Shown in pieces: positions 43,092-53,312 of a stretch of DNA of 64,000 nt. A model generated the notes under the pieces. That model ran no database searches. It was given only the letters and a program-made list of their open reading frames with translations, and was not told where the DNA came from. The number at the start of each line of letters is the position of its first letter. The first letter of the stretch is position 1. A program made the position numbers and the translations under genes. This DNA comes from a virus: IMG/VR virus record IMGVR_UViG_3300027901_000001. One strand, 5' to 3'.

Positions 43092-43982
43092 TTAACCTAC
43101 CATCCATCCGTTGCCCTTCACGCGCTCCAGCCGCAGGTACTCTCGCGGAGTTGTAAGCTGCCTAGAAGGAAGCCCCCCTAACAGCGGCCCCTGACCATCC
43201 ACCGTCACCACCGGCGGCGTCGCGGCATCGCTGATGCTGATCAGCTCCACCTTCTCCCCTGGGGTGCCCCTGGGCCTGAGCGTGAGGGTGAATGGCCCGT
43301 ACGTCGGGTCAATCCGGGCAATGCAGTTATTGGGAATCTCGGCCGCCTCGCCAATAATCGGCAGCACCTGGGGCGGTGTGTGCCAGCGGCCGATAAACCG
43401 CATGTGGCCGTTCAGGAACACACGACCGTCGACAACCACCTTACCGTCCACATTAATCTGGGTGTTGGGCAGCACGGATACCGAATCGCCCGGTGCCACA
43501 TATTTGAAAGCGCCGCCAATTCCGCCACCACCACCGCCGCCACCGCTGAAAAAATCCTCTGCCTCAATGACCGTCCCGGCCTGCATGATCATGGCGTTGC
43601 GAAAAATAAAATTCGTGCCGACCCGCAGCCCCAGGATAAGCGAATCGTCGGTGTTCAGAGCGATATTGGCGACCTCCGCCGCCACGTTCACGTTCTGCCC
43701 CGGATGCCGGGTGATCTCGGCCCGGATCACCTGGCCGTCGGCCGGAGCCAGGGAGTTGGCCACGATGCGCGTGAAAAACCCGGTGGAGGGCGAGAAAACA
43801 AGAAAAGCCTCGCTCCAGGTCAACCCGGATCCGCCGGGGGACCAGGACAACAGACCGCCACCGGTCAGGATAAGATTTCGATCCTCGCGAGCCGCGAAAC
43901 CGGAGGCATCCGTCGCCCGCACGAAATCGACGAATCCATCAAACCAGGGATCGTCGTGCTGGCTGGGATACGTCCATCCCAT
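43092..43982 (-). CDS. tail fibre / baseplate-associated protein
   Basis: ATG at 43982; poly-Gly hinge; FTLTLRP..TPGEKVEL fibre module. Confidence 0.65.
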   Translation of the reverse strand: MGWTYPSQHDDPWFDGFVDFVRATDASGFAAREDRNLILTGGGLLSWSPGGSGLTWSEAFLVFSPSTGFFTRIVANSLAPADGQVIRAEITRHPGQNVNVAAEVANIALNTDDSLILGLRVGTNFIFRNAMIMQAGTVIEAEDFFSGGGGGGGGIGGAFKYVAPGDSVSVLPNTQINVDGKVVVDGRVFLNGHMRFIGRWHTPPQVLPIIGEAAEIPNNCIARIDPTYGPFTLTLRPRGTPGEKVELISISDAATPPVVTVDGQGPLLGGLPSRQLTTPREYLRLERVKGNGWMVG

Positions 43983-43995
43983 TCGTGGAGAGGTC

Positions 43996-44628
43996 TCAGA
44001 CACCTTCCTGCTTCTCCTTCTCCAGCTCCTGCTCGTAGTCATCATCCAGGGCGTACGCCGCCTCTTCGTGATGACTGCCTTCGTACGGATTCTCACCCCT
44101 CAGCCAGGCGGTAGTCCAGTTTCCGACACCCATCTGGATGTAGCCCGTGAGCCAGAGGAGCCCGGCGAGCACGTAGGAGGCAGTCGACTGCCCCACAGCC
44201 GCAACTAAGGCCGCCAGCACAAAGGCCCGCAGCATGGAAGCCTCGTATTGCTCAACGTGCACATGCTCATGGAACTGGACCGGCCGCCACGGCTTCCCCC
44301 TCGGGTGCCGCTTTAGCGGCCCGTAAAAGATCGCGTGCCCTATGGTAGATCCTCCCCAAGGGTACTTTGTCCCGTCCGGCAGCTCCCGCAGATACCAACC
44401 CTTCGGCCAACGACCCTCGCTCACCGGCCAGGAGCCCTTTTTCATCTCACAGGTCAGCGACGGGCCGCCCGGACCACCAGGCTTGGCAGCCGGATTATCG
44501 CGAGGATTTTCCCACTCCAGCCTGGTACCCCAGAGCGCTCGAATCAACAGGATACCCCCCCATACCAGCAAGTCCCACGGCAGGCAGAGCAGGTACAGCA
44601 CCAGGTGGCGCTTCGCCTTCAGGTTCAT
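43996..44628 (-). CDS. membrane-associated HExxH zinc metallopeptidase (DUF4157-like)
   Basis: TIGHAIF...HEHVHVEQY...NPYE..HHEEAAY; hydrophobic helices. Confidence 0.65.
   Translation of the reverse strand: MNLKAKRHLVLYLLCLPWDLLVWGGILLIRALWGTRLEWENPRDNPAAKPGGPGGPSLTCEMKKGSWPVSEGRWPKGWYLRELPDGTKYPWGGSTIGHAIFYGPLKRHPRGKPWRPVQFHEHVHVEQYEASMLRAFVLAALVAAVGQSTASYVLAGLLWLTGYIQMGVGNWTTAWLRGENPYEGSHHEEAAYALDDDYEQELEKEKQEGV
44178..44193. repeat. dispersed palindrome copy 6
   Basis: A-GGCAGTCGACTGCC-C; core 44179-44192; in the GQSTAS codons. Confidence 0.95.
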
Positions 44629-46805
44629 GCCGCCGCCTCCACACCAGTCAAGGCCACCGACCCCTTGGTAATGACGTACTTCTCGGTGATGATGAGATTC
44701 CCATCAGCATCGATCGGAACCACGTCTCCAACAGTTCCGACGATCTTGACCACCGAGTAAGCCACGCCATCTACGCCGCCTATACCGGTTTGAGGATTCG
44801 GCGAAATTACCGTATCCAGGTTGGCCACTCGAAGAGAAGCCCCAAAGGCACGCACACGCAGCAGATCATCAACCGCCTTCTCGACGTTCGTTAAAACCGT
44901 CTGCTTGACGAACCCGGCCTTTATTCCAACGGTAATTTCGATAATTGCCGGAACCAGATACGCGCCGCCGGAGACCACCTCCGGCACCTGGGTGACCTCT
45001 TTGCGTGCGTCCAGGTAGGCCCGTAGCGAGTTGATCAAAGCGACTGGGGGCTCTTGGAGGAAGCCGTCCACGTCCCTGGTAAGGATCGGCACCTGGACCA
45101 GATTAGCCTTGCAATCAGCCGACAGAAAACCGTCCACATGGTCAAAAATGTTTTGCAGCTCAGTCTCGATCGCATCCTCAAAGCCCGTAGTCACACGGTT
45201 GTTAATAACGATCACCTGGGCCTCGATGCTGTCGAGCAGCGGCTCCATGTCGTCCAGGCTGGTCTGGGCCGTCGTGTTCTCCTCCTCCAGCTCATCTGCC
45301 TGCGTCTTAATACTGGCCTGCTTGTTCACAACAGTGGTCGCCTCTCCGTCGGCGGCTGAAGCGTCGCCCGAGATGTTATCCGCTTCCGCATCGATCGAGT
45401 CGAAGTAAGCCTTGAGCGCGTTCTTGGTATCAGCAGTTAGCTGGTCCGGGGTATCCGTCGTGATGGCGTCCACGGCGGCCTTACCATCGGTCACGTGGGT
45501 CTTGATGTCGTTGGCGTCTACCCCAATCTGGGAAGTCCTGTTTTTGATGGACCGGGCGGCAGTAATAGCGTCATCAGCATCCGACTCGATCCCGGTTTTC
45601 TTGGTTGCGATGACCCCCGTTGCATCGTCCGCCGTGTCCCGCAGCTCGTAGATGGCCATCCGATCCGGCTCGATCTGGTCCGTCGCCGCCTGCACGTCAG
45701 AGGCCAGGGAATCTCGTATGACTCTAATGTTGTCCAAGTAAATCTGGAGCTGGATATCGTCTTCCGCGCTATGGGCCGCGAACGCCTGAGCAATAGCCAC
45801 TTGGCCCGCCAGCGCGTCCACATAAGCCGTGGAAAGCCCCTCGTAGTCGCCCCTGGTCACCGCCACATCGCGGGCGTGATAGAACCGCTGAGCATTGGTC
45901 CGAGCTTTCTCCAGGTCCTCCCGATCCGCGCCCGGCGTCGAGGGCAGCGGGTTGGTAATGTTCAACGGAATAATGGTGGCCGCCACGACGAGGGGATCCA
46001 CTACATCGGTAATAGTATCGCTCTGGACAGCTCCCGCCTTGCCCGAATTGGCAACGTATTCGGCCCGGATTTCATCCCCTGCCGCTGGAATGTTCCCGGC
46101 AATACCATCACCAAATCGCAGGGACGGCGGCTCATCGTTGTAATTCACTTCAAACTGGTCGGTCATATCAAAGGTAATGATCTCGGACTCCGACCAGGGA
46201 AAACCGGCTACCCGGCACACAAAGCCATTACCAGCGATGTATCGTCCGCGCTGAGGGTTGAGCCGGAAAATCTGATTCTTCGCGCCATTCGAGGAGAAGA
46301 ACTCTACCCGCGTTTCGCCCTCTCTCACCCCAACGGTGCGCGGCGGACTCAAGGGACCCTCTCCTATCGGAAAGGTAACCGCCTCTACCGCCTCGAAAAC
46401 CAGGTTGTTCGGCCCCTGGAACTTGAATCCGATGGGTATAGTCACAGCAAAGGTCTGAACCTCTGCAAGGGTCACTTCCAAATCCACCGCTGCCGACACG
46501 GCCGCCGACATCTTGTACCCGAGCTGGCGCGCCAGCCTGCTGATGGCCTTCCTGGTGCGGGCCGTCGCCAGGTAAGATTCCGTAGCTTGCCGGTCGATGT
46601 AGAAGCTCAGCGTCTCACAGGCCCAACTCACAATATCGATGAGCATCTGGCCGACGCCCGAAACCACGAAGTCGTTGAATTCCGTGACAAACAACGCCTG
46701 GATCCGGGCGATGATGTCATCGACGAACGTGAAGAAATCCTTGCCAGCAAACCTGGCCCGGTTGATTTTCGCCTGGGGGCTTTCTATCTGGATCGGGTCA
46801 GCCAT
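44625..46805 (-). CDS. baseplate J / gp6-like wedge protein
   Basis: KDFFTF...LSFYIDRQATESYLATAR...LGY; LRFGDG; GADRED...AVTRGDY. Confidence 0.9.
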   Translation of the reverse strand: MADPIQIESPQAKINRARFAGKDFFTFVDDIIARIQALFVTEFNDFVVSGVGQMLIDIVSWACETLSFYIDRQATESYLATARTRKAISRLARQLGYKMSAAVSAAVDLEVTLAEVQTFAVTIPIGFKFQGPNNLVFEAVEAVTFPIGEGPLSPPRTVGVREGETRVEFFSSNGAKNQIFRLNPQRGRYIAGNGFVCRVAGFPWSESEIITFDMTDQFEVNYNDEPPSLRFGDGIAGNIPAAGDEIRAEYVANSGKAGAVQSDTITDVVDPLVVAATIIPLNITNPLPSTPGADREDLEKARTNAQRFYHARDVAVTRGDYEGLSTAYVDALAGQVAIAQAFAAHSAEDDIQLQIYLDNIRVIRDSLASDVQAATDQIEPDRMAIYELRDTADDATGVIATKKTGIESDADDAITAARSIKNRTSQIGVDANDIKTHVTDGKAAVDAITTDTPDQLTADTKNALKAYFDSIDAEADNISGDASAADGEATTVVNKQASIKTQADELEEENTTAQTSLDDMEPLLDSIEAQVIVINNRVTTGFEDAIETELQNIFDHVDGFLSADCKANLVQVPILTRDVDGFLQEPPVALINSLRAYLDARKEVTQVPEVVSGGAYLVPAIIEITVGIKAGFVKQTVLTNVEKAVDDLLRVRAFGASLRVANLDTVISPNPQTGIGGVDGVAYSVVKIVGTVGDVVPIDADGNLIITEKYVITKGSVALTGVEAAA

Positions 46806-47191
46806 CAGGCCGCACTCCTGGTCGCCATATCGACCGCCGTTTGCCTAATTTCCCCGCGCACTCGATATACCACGATCACCACCACCGTATAGCCTTTTGC
46901 GGCCCGGTTCTCCTTCTGAAGGGTGATTACCCGCAGCGCCTGGATGCGGGGCTCTCCGGCCGCCAGAGCGCGCCGCACCTCGTGGTTAATGCTGGCCCGC
47001 ATCATGGGGCCGATGTTCTCGAACACGAAATTCATCGTGTCACTACCGGCATTCGGCCGCATAACCCGCTCCCCGCGCCGGGTCTGGAGAATGCGCCGGA
47101 TATTGTCCTCAATCGTCTGGTCATCCTCGCTCTTCGCCGGAAAGCCAGTGGTATTCTTGTTGAACGGAAATGCTATGCCACGAATCGTCAT
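46805..47191 (-). CDS. gp25/GPW-family baseplate protein
   Basis: IRRILQTRRGERVMRPNAGS...EPRI. Confidence 0.9.
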   Translation of the reverse strand: MTIRGIAFPFNKNTTGFPAKSEDDQTIEDNIRRILQTRRGERVMRPNAGSDTMNFVFENIGPMMRASINHEVRRALAAGEPRIQALRVITLQKENRAAKGYTVVVIVVYRVRGEIRQTAVDMATRSAA

Positions 47192-47243
47192 CTAGCCGTC
47201 CATCCTACCTTAAAGCCTCTGTTTTCCTCAATTCTCCGTCCTT

Positions 47244-47735
47244 TCATGTAATGGGCACGATCACCGGTGGAGCCGGTAGGATCGTGTACGTCACCGTCAC
47301 TGTCCTGGAAGCGGTATCCAACTGAGCCGCAATCGCTTCGGCCGCCGCCGCCTCCGGCTGCGGAGCTGAAAGAACCGCAGTCAGACCAGCGATCAAAGCT
47401 GGCTTGCCAGGAAAAGCAGTCACCGCACCCGCCCCACCTGGTGGAGTGAACACAACGGGCGGAAGCAACCAGAACGCCTCGATTCCATTAGCCAATGCCA
47501 TCGCGAAATTCGAGGGACTGGGAGACGGGGTTTTCATCGCGGTCTGGAGCATCGGACTCATCTTGGTGGCCTCTGTCCCTACCCACACGGGAAGCGCCAG
47601 ACCAGCTATCGCGGGCTTCGCGTACTTGGTATAGGCATCCGCCCAGCTCCGGGCGTTCTTGCCCTCGTCCGCTTCCAAGGCTCTCATCACCTTGAGCAGA
47701 GCAGTAGAAAGCTGTTTGACGACCATCGGCATCAC
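47244..47735 (-). CDS. hypothetical tail protein
   Basis: ORF track; position in the baseplate operon. Confidence 0.65.
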   Translation of the reverse strand: MMPMVVKQLSTALLKVMRALEADEGKNARSWADAYTKYAKPAIAGLALPVWVGTEATKMSPMLQTAMKTPSPSPSNFAMALANGIEAFWLLPPVVFTPPGGAGAVTAFPGKPALIAGLTAVLSAPQPEAAAAEAIAAQLDTASRTVTVTYTILPAPPVIVPIT

Positions 47736-48511
47736 TTCACCTTGTTCACCTTCGATAAGGCCGTCTCTAGTCGGGCCTTGATTGCTTGAAAGGTCGCCAC
47801 GTTGACTGGCGGGCTGGTGGTGCCCGCCGGAGAAATCACCGTCAGTTGGGCAATCGCATCCAGCGTCTCCTCGAATAATCCCTTGAGCACATCCCCGAGC
47901 ACGGCCGCTTCGGTGGCCCCCTCTCCCAGGGATATCGTAGTGGTACCCGGCGGCACGCCTGGCAGCTCGAAGTTGGCGACCACGACGTTGCCCAGCTTAT
48001 CCCACTCAGCATACCCCCCGAGCTTGTGCTCGAACCGCACCTTCTCTTGACCCGTATCGTCGATGAGCAGGAGCTTGTGGCCGCCGGGCGTGACCCAGCC
48101 GTGGGCATCGACCGACTCCAACTCCGACGGCATCTCACCCTTGGCCCACCAGCCGCCGAACCACAGAGGAATATCCGGCTTTCCCCTTTCAAACTCGACC
48201 CAGGTGTGGCTCCCCTTGGGAGGCAGGCTCTTGAAGCCATACCCTGAACCTGCCAGCGGCGTCTTGGGATAGGCAACACGCGGCGGCGTCTCAGGCGTGT
48301 CACCGATACCCGGCACGCGCACCTTCAGCAAACCGATCTTGTCCAAATCGGCCCCAAGCCCGATGGCCCCCAGTTCAGAAAAACCCTTGTTATCGACCAC
48401 CTCAGCCCGATACGAACCAAAGTAGTAGCCCAGCCACTCCAGGCCCTCCATAACGATCCGGTCCATGAACCGGCGAAAGCCCGATGCCGAATACGCCAAA
48501 GAACCAGGCAC
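47732..48511 (-). CDS. baseplate spike (gpV/gp5 OB-fold)
   Basis: YRAEVVDN...LKVRVP...LPPKGSHTWVEFERG..DIPLW.G. Confidence 0.9.
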   Translation of the reverse strand: MPGSLAYSASGFRRFMDRIVMEGLEWLGYYFGSYRAEVVDNKGFSELGAIGLGADLDKIGLLKVRVPGIGDTPETPPRVAYPKTPLAGSGYGFKSLPPKGSHTWVEFERGKPDIPLWFGGWWAKGEMPSELESVDAHGWVTPGGHKLLLIDDTGQEKVRFEHKLGGYAEWDKLGNVVVANFELPGVPPGTTTISLGEGATEAAVLGDVLKGLFEETLDAIAQLTVISPAGTTSPPVNVATFQAIKARLETALSKVNKVK

Positions 48512-48522
48512 CCTTCAACCTC

Positions 48523-50010
48523 CTAAAAATCGCCCTTGACAGCATCAACAATAGTACCGCCCCCCGATGCCGCATCCACGCCCTCTTCCACCTCCTCAGT
48601 GTTGGTCTCCTCTGCCTGTTTTGCTAGAGCCTCATCGAGCCCACCAGCAGCCGACCCGTTGTTGATGAGCTTCAGACTCATCATCCACTCGGTGTCGTTA
48701 GCTTCGTGCGTCATAGATTCGAGCCAATAGTTGCTGCTGAAAATTCCTACACCACCCAGCTCCACAACGCTGCCCGGAAACAACTCCGGAATCGCATATG
48801 CAGAAATAGAAGCATTAATGCCGTACCGAAAAGCCAACGCATCCCGATGCGCCTGGCAAATATCTTTCGGCTCTCTAGGATCTCGCGCCGAAACAGGCAT
48901 AAATTGACCTGTACGCTGCGTACCTTCCGTAGCGGCCAGTTGCACCAATACATCCTCCACCAGCTTCTCGGTTGAATCCGGTAGTTTCCCATCTCCCAGC
49001 ACCGCTTCCTGCGCAGTAGCGGACGTAACTTCTATGTCCAGAACTTTCTTGCTCAGCGGATCCAGATCACTGCTCGTTGTCTTGATCGCCCCAGCCGGTA
49101 GATAAACACCCTGGGGCTCGATCTCAAACTCGAACATAGGAAAAGTATTCTGAAAATCGCAATTTCCGCGCATCAGAAATTTATAGAGAGGCGGCCTCTT
49201 TAGAGACTCTTTCCGCTTTCTCACATACAAAACATTCCCCCCCTCATCCTTCTGCGATGAAGCCAGAAAAGCATCACAACCGGCATCTCTCGTCATCTTC
49301 TGTACAAAAAACCAATCCGTCATATTGCCCTGGCTTACCTTGGTGCGCTTCTTTTCCAAAGGGTCTTCGTATCCAATCGCTGTCAGGGCTGACACGATCG
49401 CTTCGAGCCCGCTATCTTCTTTGAACACCACCTTCCATTTATGAGTCTCGGCAATTTCCTCAATAATCTCTTTGTACGATTTACCCTCGTACACTTTGGA
49501 AGATGTCCCCCGTAAAGAGGCCATATCACCGCCACCATTGAGGGTTGCCGTTAGCCCCTCATCACCAGTAATCCGAAGGGAAGGTTTCTGGGCCATCGTA
49601 GAAAACCAAGGGGTGAACCGGCCCAGCTTCGGATACCCAAGCTGCACCTCATAAAGGTTCCCTACGCGAAACAATGAACTCTCCAAGAGCTTGAGTCCCA
49701 GGTCGAACGGGGAGGCAATATTGATCGTCGTTTTGGCAACCATACCCAGGCTTATTTCCACAGACACGCTTTCCACAATCGGCAAGTCCAAACCGAGTAG
49801 GTCACTGGTACCCCCACCACCGCCAAGATCTAACACATCGTCGACCATGCCAAGCGCATCGCCCAAACCGCCACCAAGGTTCGGAATATCGGTGGACTCC
49901 TGTTTCATCCACAACGGTACACGCACGCCGTCCGTCGGATTTGTTACGGCCACCGATATCTGAAAACCAGAAGGATCGATCGGCCCGGCACCTCCAAGCC
50001 CGAGCACCAT
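48523..50010 (-). CDS. baseplate hub (gpD/gp27-like)
   Basis: EVQLGY, QGNMTDWFFVQK, PGSVVELGGVG..S..YW..S..H. Confidence 0.85.
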   Translation of the reverse strand: MVLGLGGAGPIDPSGFQISVAVTNPTDGVRVPLWMKQESTDIPNLGGGLGDALGMVDDVLDLGGGGGTSDLLGLDLPIVESVSVEISLGMVAKTTINIASPFDLGLKLLESSLFRVGNLYEVQLGYPKLGRFTPWFSTMAQKPSLRITGDEGLTATLNGGGDMASLRGTSSKVYEGKSYKEIIEEIAETHKWKVVFKEDSGLEAIVSALTAIGYEDPLEKKRTKVSQGNMTDWFFVQKMTRDAGCDAFLASSQKDEGGNVLYVRKRKESLKRPPLYKFLMRGNCDFQNTFPMFEFEIEPQGVYLPAGAIKTTSSDLDPLSKKVLDIEVTSATAQEAVLGDGKLPDSTEKLVEDVLVQLAATEGTQRTGQFMPVSARDPREPKDICQAHRDALAFRYGINASISAYAIPELFPGSVVELGGVGIFSSNYWLESMTHEANDTEWMMSLKLINNGSAAGGLDEALAKQAEETNTEEVEEGVDAASGGGTIVDAVKGDF

Positions 50011-50340
50011 CTAACGACCCTCCTCCCCCCTGCTCGGTCGCCGCAAAACATGAGTAAAAACTCGACGCTGAGAAGGAATCCTGATGACAGTATTCGGATT
50101 CAAATCACACGGCAGCAATTCCATGTTGTTGGCCAGGGCGATGATCCACCACAAGTCATCACTACCGTAGAATTTCCTGGCCAACCGATCGATCCGGTCG
50201 CCACGGTCTACGGTGTACCGCTTGTCGTCCGGAGCCGCCTCGATCTTCGGGTACACCGGCAGCTCCCAGTGCTCCACATCATCAATGGTGATGAGCCTGG
50301 CGAAAAGCAACCTCGATGTCTTTCTGACCCTAACCGGCAT
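50011..50340 (-). CDS. LysM / tail-X protein
   Basis: YTVDRGDRIDRLARKFYGSDDLWWIIALAN. Confidence 0.9.
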   Translation of the reverse strand: MPVRVRKTSRLLFARLITIDDVEHWELPVYPKIEAAPDDKRYTVDRGDRIDRLARKFYGSDDLWWIIALANNMELLPCDLNPNTVIRIPSQRRVFTHVLRRPSRGEEGR

Positions 50341-50350
50341 ACTCTACGTT

Positions 50351-53128
50351 CTACACCCCTTCTCGTTCCGCACCGCCCGCTTCGGCGGCCCGCGTTCGCC
50401 CTCCTCTGCGTGCTCTCTTGTCCCTCGCAGTAACTCCCGCCTCCACACCAGCAGCCACGAGCTTCACCGCCCGAGGATCTTTCAAAAAAGCCTCCAAAGG
50501 CTCAGCCGCCGCGCCACCTCTACCCCGAACCATGAAGGTTTCGGTCACAGCTACCTGAGCCTCCGCTGCGGCCTCCTGCCGGGCTGCCTCAACGGGCCTC
50601 TTTCCTTTTCCACGCCGCCGGGCCTTGGGTTCCGGCTTCTCAGTCTCCCTCCCCCGCCGCGCAAGCGCCTCGGTGGTCTTCGCGTAAATCCGCGCCTTCA
50701 TCTTCTCGACGCGCTCGATGCCGCGACCGCCTTCTTCCACAACGCCACTTAGCTCTTTCCCCAGATGCGAAAACTCCTTCCGCACGTCCATCCCTGCGGT
50801 TTCCATCCTTTTCAGACGCTCCATGCCCAGCCGGTCAGCCTCTGCATTCGAGCGCCTACGCGCATCCTCCTTTTCCTTAATATCTTCATCCAGCTCTGTG
50901 ATGTCCCTTCTGAGATTCTGGAGGGTCTGTTTCACCCCCTTATCCACCGACTCGGCCAGTCCCCCAAGGCCCACCATTTCGAGCGCATCCTTGGGCAGCT
51001 TGTCCACAAGGAACTGGACGATCTCCAGGATATTGGCCGCCCCCTGCTTCAACGCCCTGACCGTCTTCTGCAACCCGACATCGACCTTGAAGAAAAACCC
51101 CTCCCACATATCGATTACCCAGTCCATCGCGCCGCCGATCCCCTCCTTGATGAAAACCGCAACGGCCTTCGCGGACTTGCCGACGATCACAAACGCCCCA
51201 GCCATAACAACAGCCGCCGCCTTCACGATGGTCTTCACCCCAACAATCGTTGCAGCGATGGCGGCGGCCCCTGTCGCAATCATCATGGGAAGGTTCTTCA
51301 TGAACCACTTTCCAAAAGGCTTCAGCGTATCCTCCCACATGGAAATGGCACCGCCTTTGATCGCCTCCCAAGCATCGAGTCCCACCCGCTTGATCATCTT
51401 AAAGGCTGGACCCAGCTCCTTCTTCAGCACCCCCCAGATTTCCTTCAGAACCGGAGCGATCAGATCCCAGTTCTTGTAGACGAGATAACCGATCCCGGCG
51501 AAGAGCATCAGCTTGATGGACAGCATCCCAAATACTTTGCCCAGGCCACCAAAAACCTTGCCGAGAACTGCGAAACCACCGAGCATCTTGAATCCAATGA
51601 TCATCGGACCTAGCGACGTAACCACGTCGATGATGGCGTCACCCCATCCTTCGGTCATCGGCGCGACCTTCTGCAACCACTTGGCAACGCCTCCGAGTAT
51701 GCCGCCCCTACCCGCCAGCTTCTCCAGAGACGGAAGAATGCCGTGCACCAACCCGTGACGGCGTACATCCAAGAATAGCTGGAGCAGCTCGGCAAAGGGG
51801 CCGCCCTTCTTCCGCAAGTTGTCGATCGTGTCGCCCAGACGCTTCCACGCCTTGGCCTGACGCTTTACGACCATCGCATCGGTCTGGGAGGTCATCTTGT
51901 TCAGACGGTTGGCGAACCGCTCCTCCATCAGGTCCATCTGTTCGGAGAAGGTCCGCGCCGCGCCGGACGCCCCCTTTGCCATCCGGCCTAACGCGCCGGA
52001 AGCTCCTTCAATCGGCCCACGCATAGACTCTATGACCTTCGCGCCTTCTGCACCCGCCTTCACCATGAACTTGATGGACTCGGGGAGCTGTTCCAGCAGC
52101 CGGAACTTCCTGGTTTCGTCGAGCGAAGCGTAGACCTTCTGGATCTCCTGAATGAACAGAGCCGGGTCGTCCGCCATGACCTCGAAGGCTTTGTCGATGG
52201 ATCCGTAGGTTTCCGCGAGCCGGGCGGTCATCTCGGGGAACTCCCCGCCCAGGCCAGCAAAGGTGCGCGCCAACTCCCTCCGCGACTCCGTGAGCTTCTG
52301 CATCACGTCGACGGCCGCCTGGAACGATTGCTCATACGGACCGCCCAACACGCGCTGGGTCGACGCCGCCAGGACAGTCAGGGACTTGACGGTATCCTCG
52401 ACGCTTCCGGCCATACCCTCCGGCAACCCGGCAATGGCGGCATCAGCGGCCTTCAGCGCCTCCGGCATCTGCCGGATTGCGTCCGCACCCGCGCCGGACA
52501 CTTCTCCGATCTTGGTAATCTCGTCCAGAAGAAGACCCGCACCCTTGGCCCCCAAACCGTAGCCCTGGGCTAGGCTGGTGAGCGTGTCGGCGAGCTGGTC
52601 TCCGCTCAGAATGCCCGCCTGCATCAGACCGCCGATCTCCCGGACGTTCAGACCGTAATCTTCGAGCTTGGCCCCGGACTTGGTGAGCAAGGCAATGGCC
52701 TTGGTCATCTCGGCCGCGTCCACCTCTAGGGTAAAAGACACACCAGAGATGGCCCCTTTGTACTCGTCCACGGCCTTCTTGAACTCCCCCAGGCCAGCGG
52801 TGGCCTCCCGATAGGTCTTGCCGAACTGCACCCCCCACGACTCGATCTGATTGGCCTGGGCCGCGTCTCCGAGCCCAGCCTTTTCAGCCAGCCCCTCCAT
52901 CGCATCGGTGAGCCGGTGTACCTGAAGGAAGTTGAGCGCGTTGATGGCGTTGCCGAACTTCATCAACCCGGAGGTCTGCTTCCCCACCTGGCGGATACTG
53001 TCGGACATCTCCTCGAAGCCGCCGCCAATCTGCTCGGTAACCTTGACCGCGCCCTTGTCCTTGGCTCCGAACATGAAGCCAAGGCCCAAGAGCCGACCCA
53101 TGCCACCGCCGCCGCCAGTAATTGCCAC
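50351..53128 (-). CDS. tape measure protein
   Basis: 925-aa Ala/Gly-rich helical ORF with hydrophobic middle, between chaperone and LysM genes. Confidence 0.9.
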   Translation of the reverse strand: MAITGGGGGMGRLLGLGFMFGAKDKGAVKVTEQIGGGFEEMSDSIRQVGKQTSGLMKFGNAINALNFLQVHRLTDAMEGLAEKAGLGDAAQANQIESWGVQFGKTYREATAGLGEFKKAVDEYKGAISGVSFTLEVDAAEMTKAIALLTKSGAKLEDYGLNVREIGGLMQAGILSGDQLADTLTSLAQGYGLGAKGAGLLLDEITKIGEVSGAGADAIRQMPEALKAADAAIAGLPEGMAGSVEDTVKSLTVLAASTQRVLGGPYEQSFQAAVDVMQKLTESRRELARTFAGLGGEFPEMTARLAETYGSIDKAFEVMADDPALFIQEIQKVYASLDETRKFRLLEQLPESIKFMVKAGAEGAKVIESMRGPIEGASGALGRMAKGASGAARTFSEQMDLMEERFANRLNKMTSQTDAMVVKRQAKAWKRLGDTIDNLRKKGGPFAELLQLFLDVRRHGLVHGILPSLEKLAGRGGILGGVAKWLQKVAPMTEGWGDAIIDVVTSLGPMIIGFKMLGGFAVLGKVFGGLGKVFGMLSIKLMLFAGIGYLVYKNWDLIAPVLKEIWGVLKKELGPAFKMIKRVGLDAWEAIKGGAISMWEDTLKPFGKWFMKNLPMMIATGAAAIAATIVGVKTIVKAAAVVMAGAFVIVGKSAKAVAVFIKEGIGGAMDWVIDMWEGFFFKVDVGLQKTVRALKQGAANILEIVQFLVDKLPKDALEMVGLGGLAESVDKGVKQTLQNLRRDITELDEDIKEKEDARRRSNAEADRLGMERLKRMETAGMDVRKEFSHLGKELSGVVEEGGRGIERVEKMKARIYAKTTEALARRGRETEKPEPKARRRGKGKRPVEAARQEAAAEAQVAVTETFMVRGRGGAAAEPLEAFLKDPRAVKLVAAGVEAGVTARDKRARRGGRTRAAEAGGAEREGV

Positions 53129-53133
53129 CTACA

Positions 53134-53312
53134 TCATCTCCGAGATTTCAACCGCGCCGCTCTCCACCGATCCAGGTTTTCTTTTTCGTCCGCGAACCTC
53201 CGACGCCTCCCACACGGCATCTTCATCAAGACATCGTATGGTTGATGCAAAGCCTCCATCAGGTAGAGGACCTCTGCCTCCAGCGCCTGGAGGTTGCCGA
53301 AGGGAAAAAAAA
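53134..53312 (-). CDS. -1 frameshift extension of the tail assembly chaperone (gpGT-like)
   Basis: Open frame PFGNLQALEAEVLYLMEALHQPYDVLMKMPCGRRRRF...SRR, stop at 53134-53136. Confidence 0.7.

Noticed and set aside
30566-43982. Diversity-generating retroelement or shufflon acting on the fibre genes
   Set aside because: No reverse transcriptase or recombinase, no near-identical template/variable repeat pair and no inverted cassettes seen; the paralogues are diverged throughout
53101-53116. GCC/GGC microsatellite-like runs (also about 43525-43545)
   Set aside because: They encode poly-Gly hinges in the tape measure and fibre proteins
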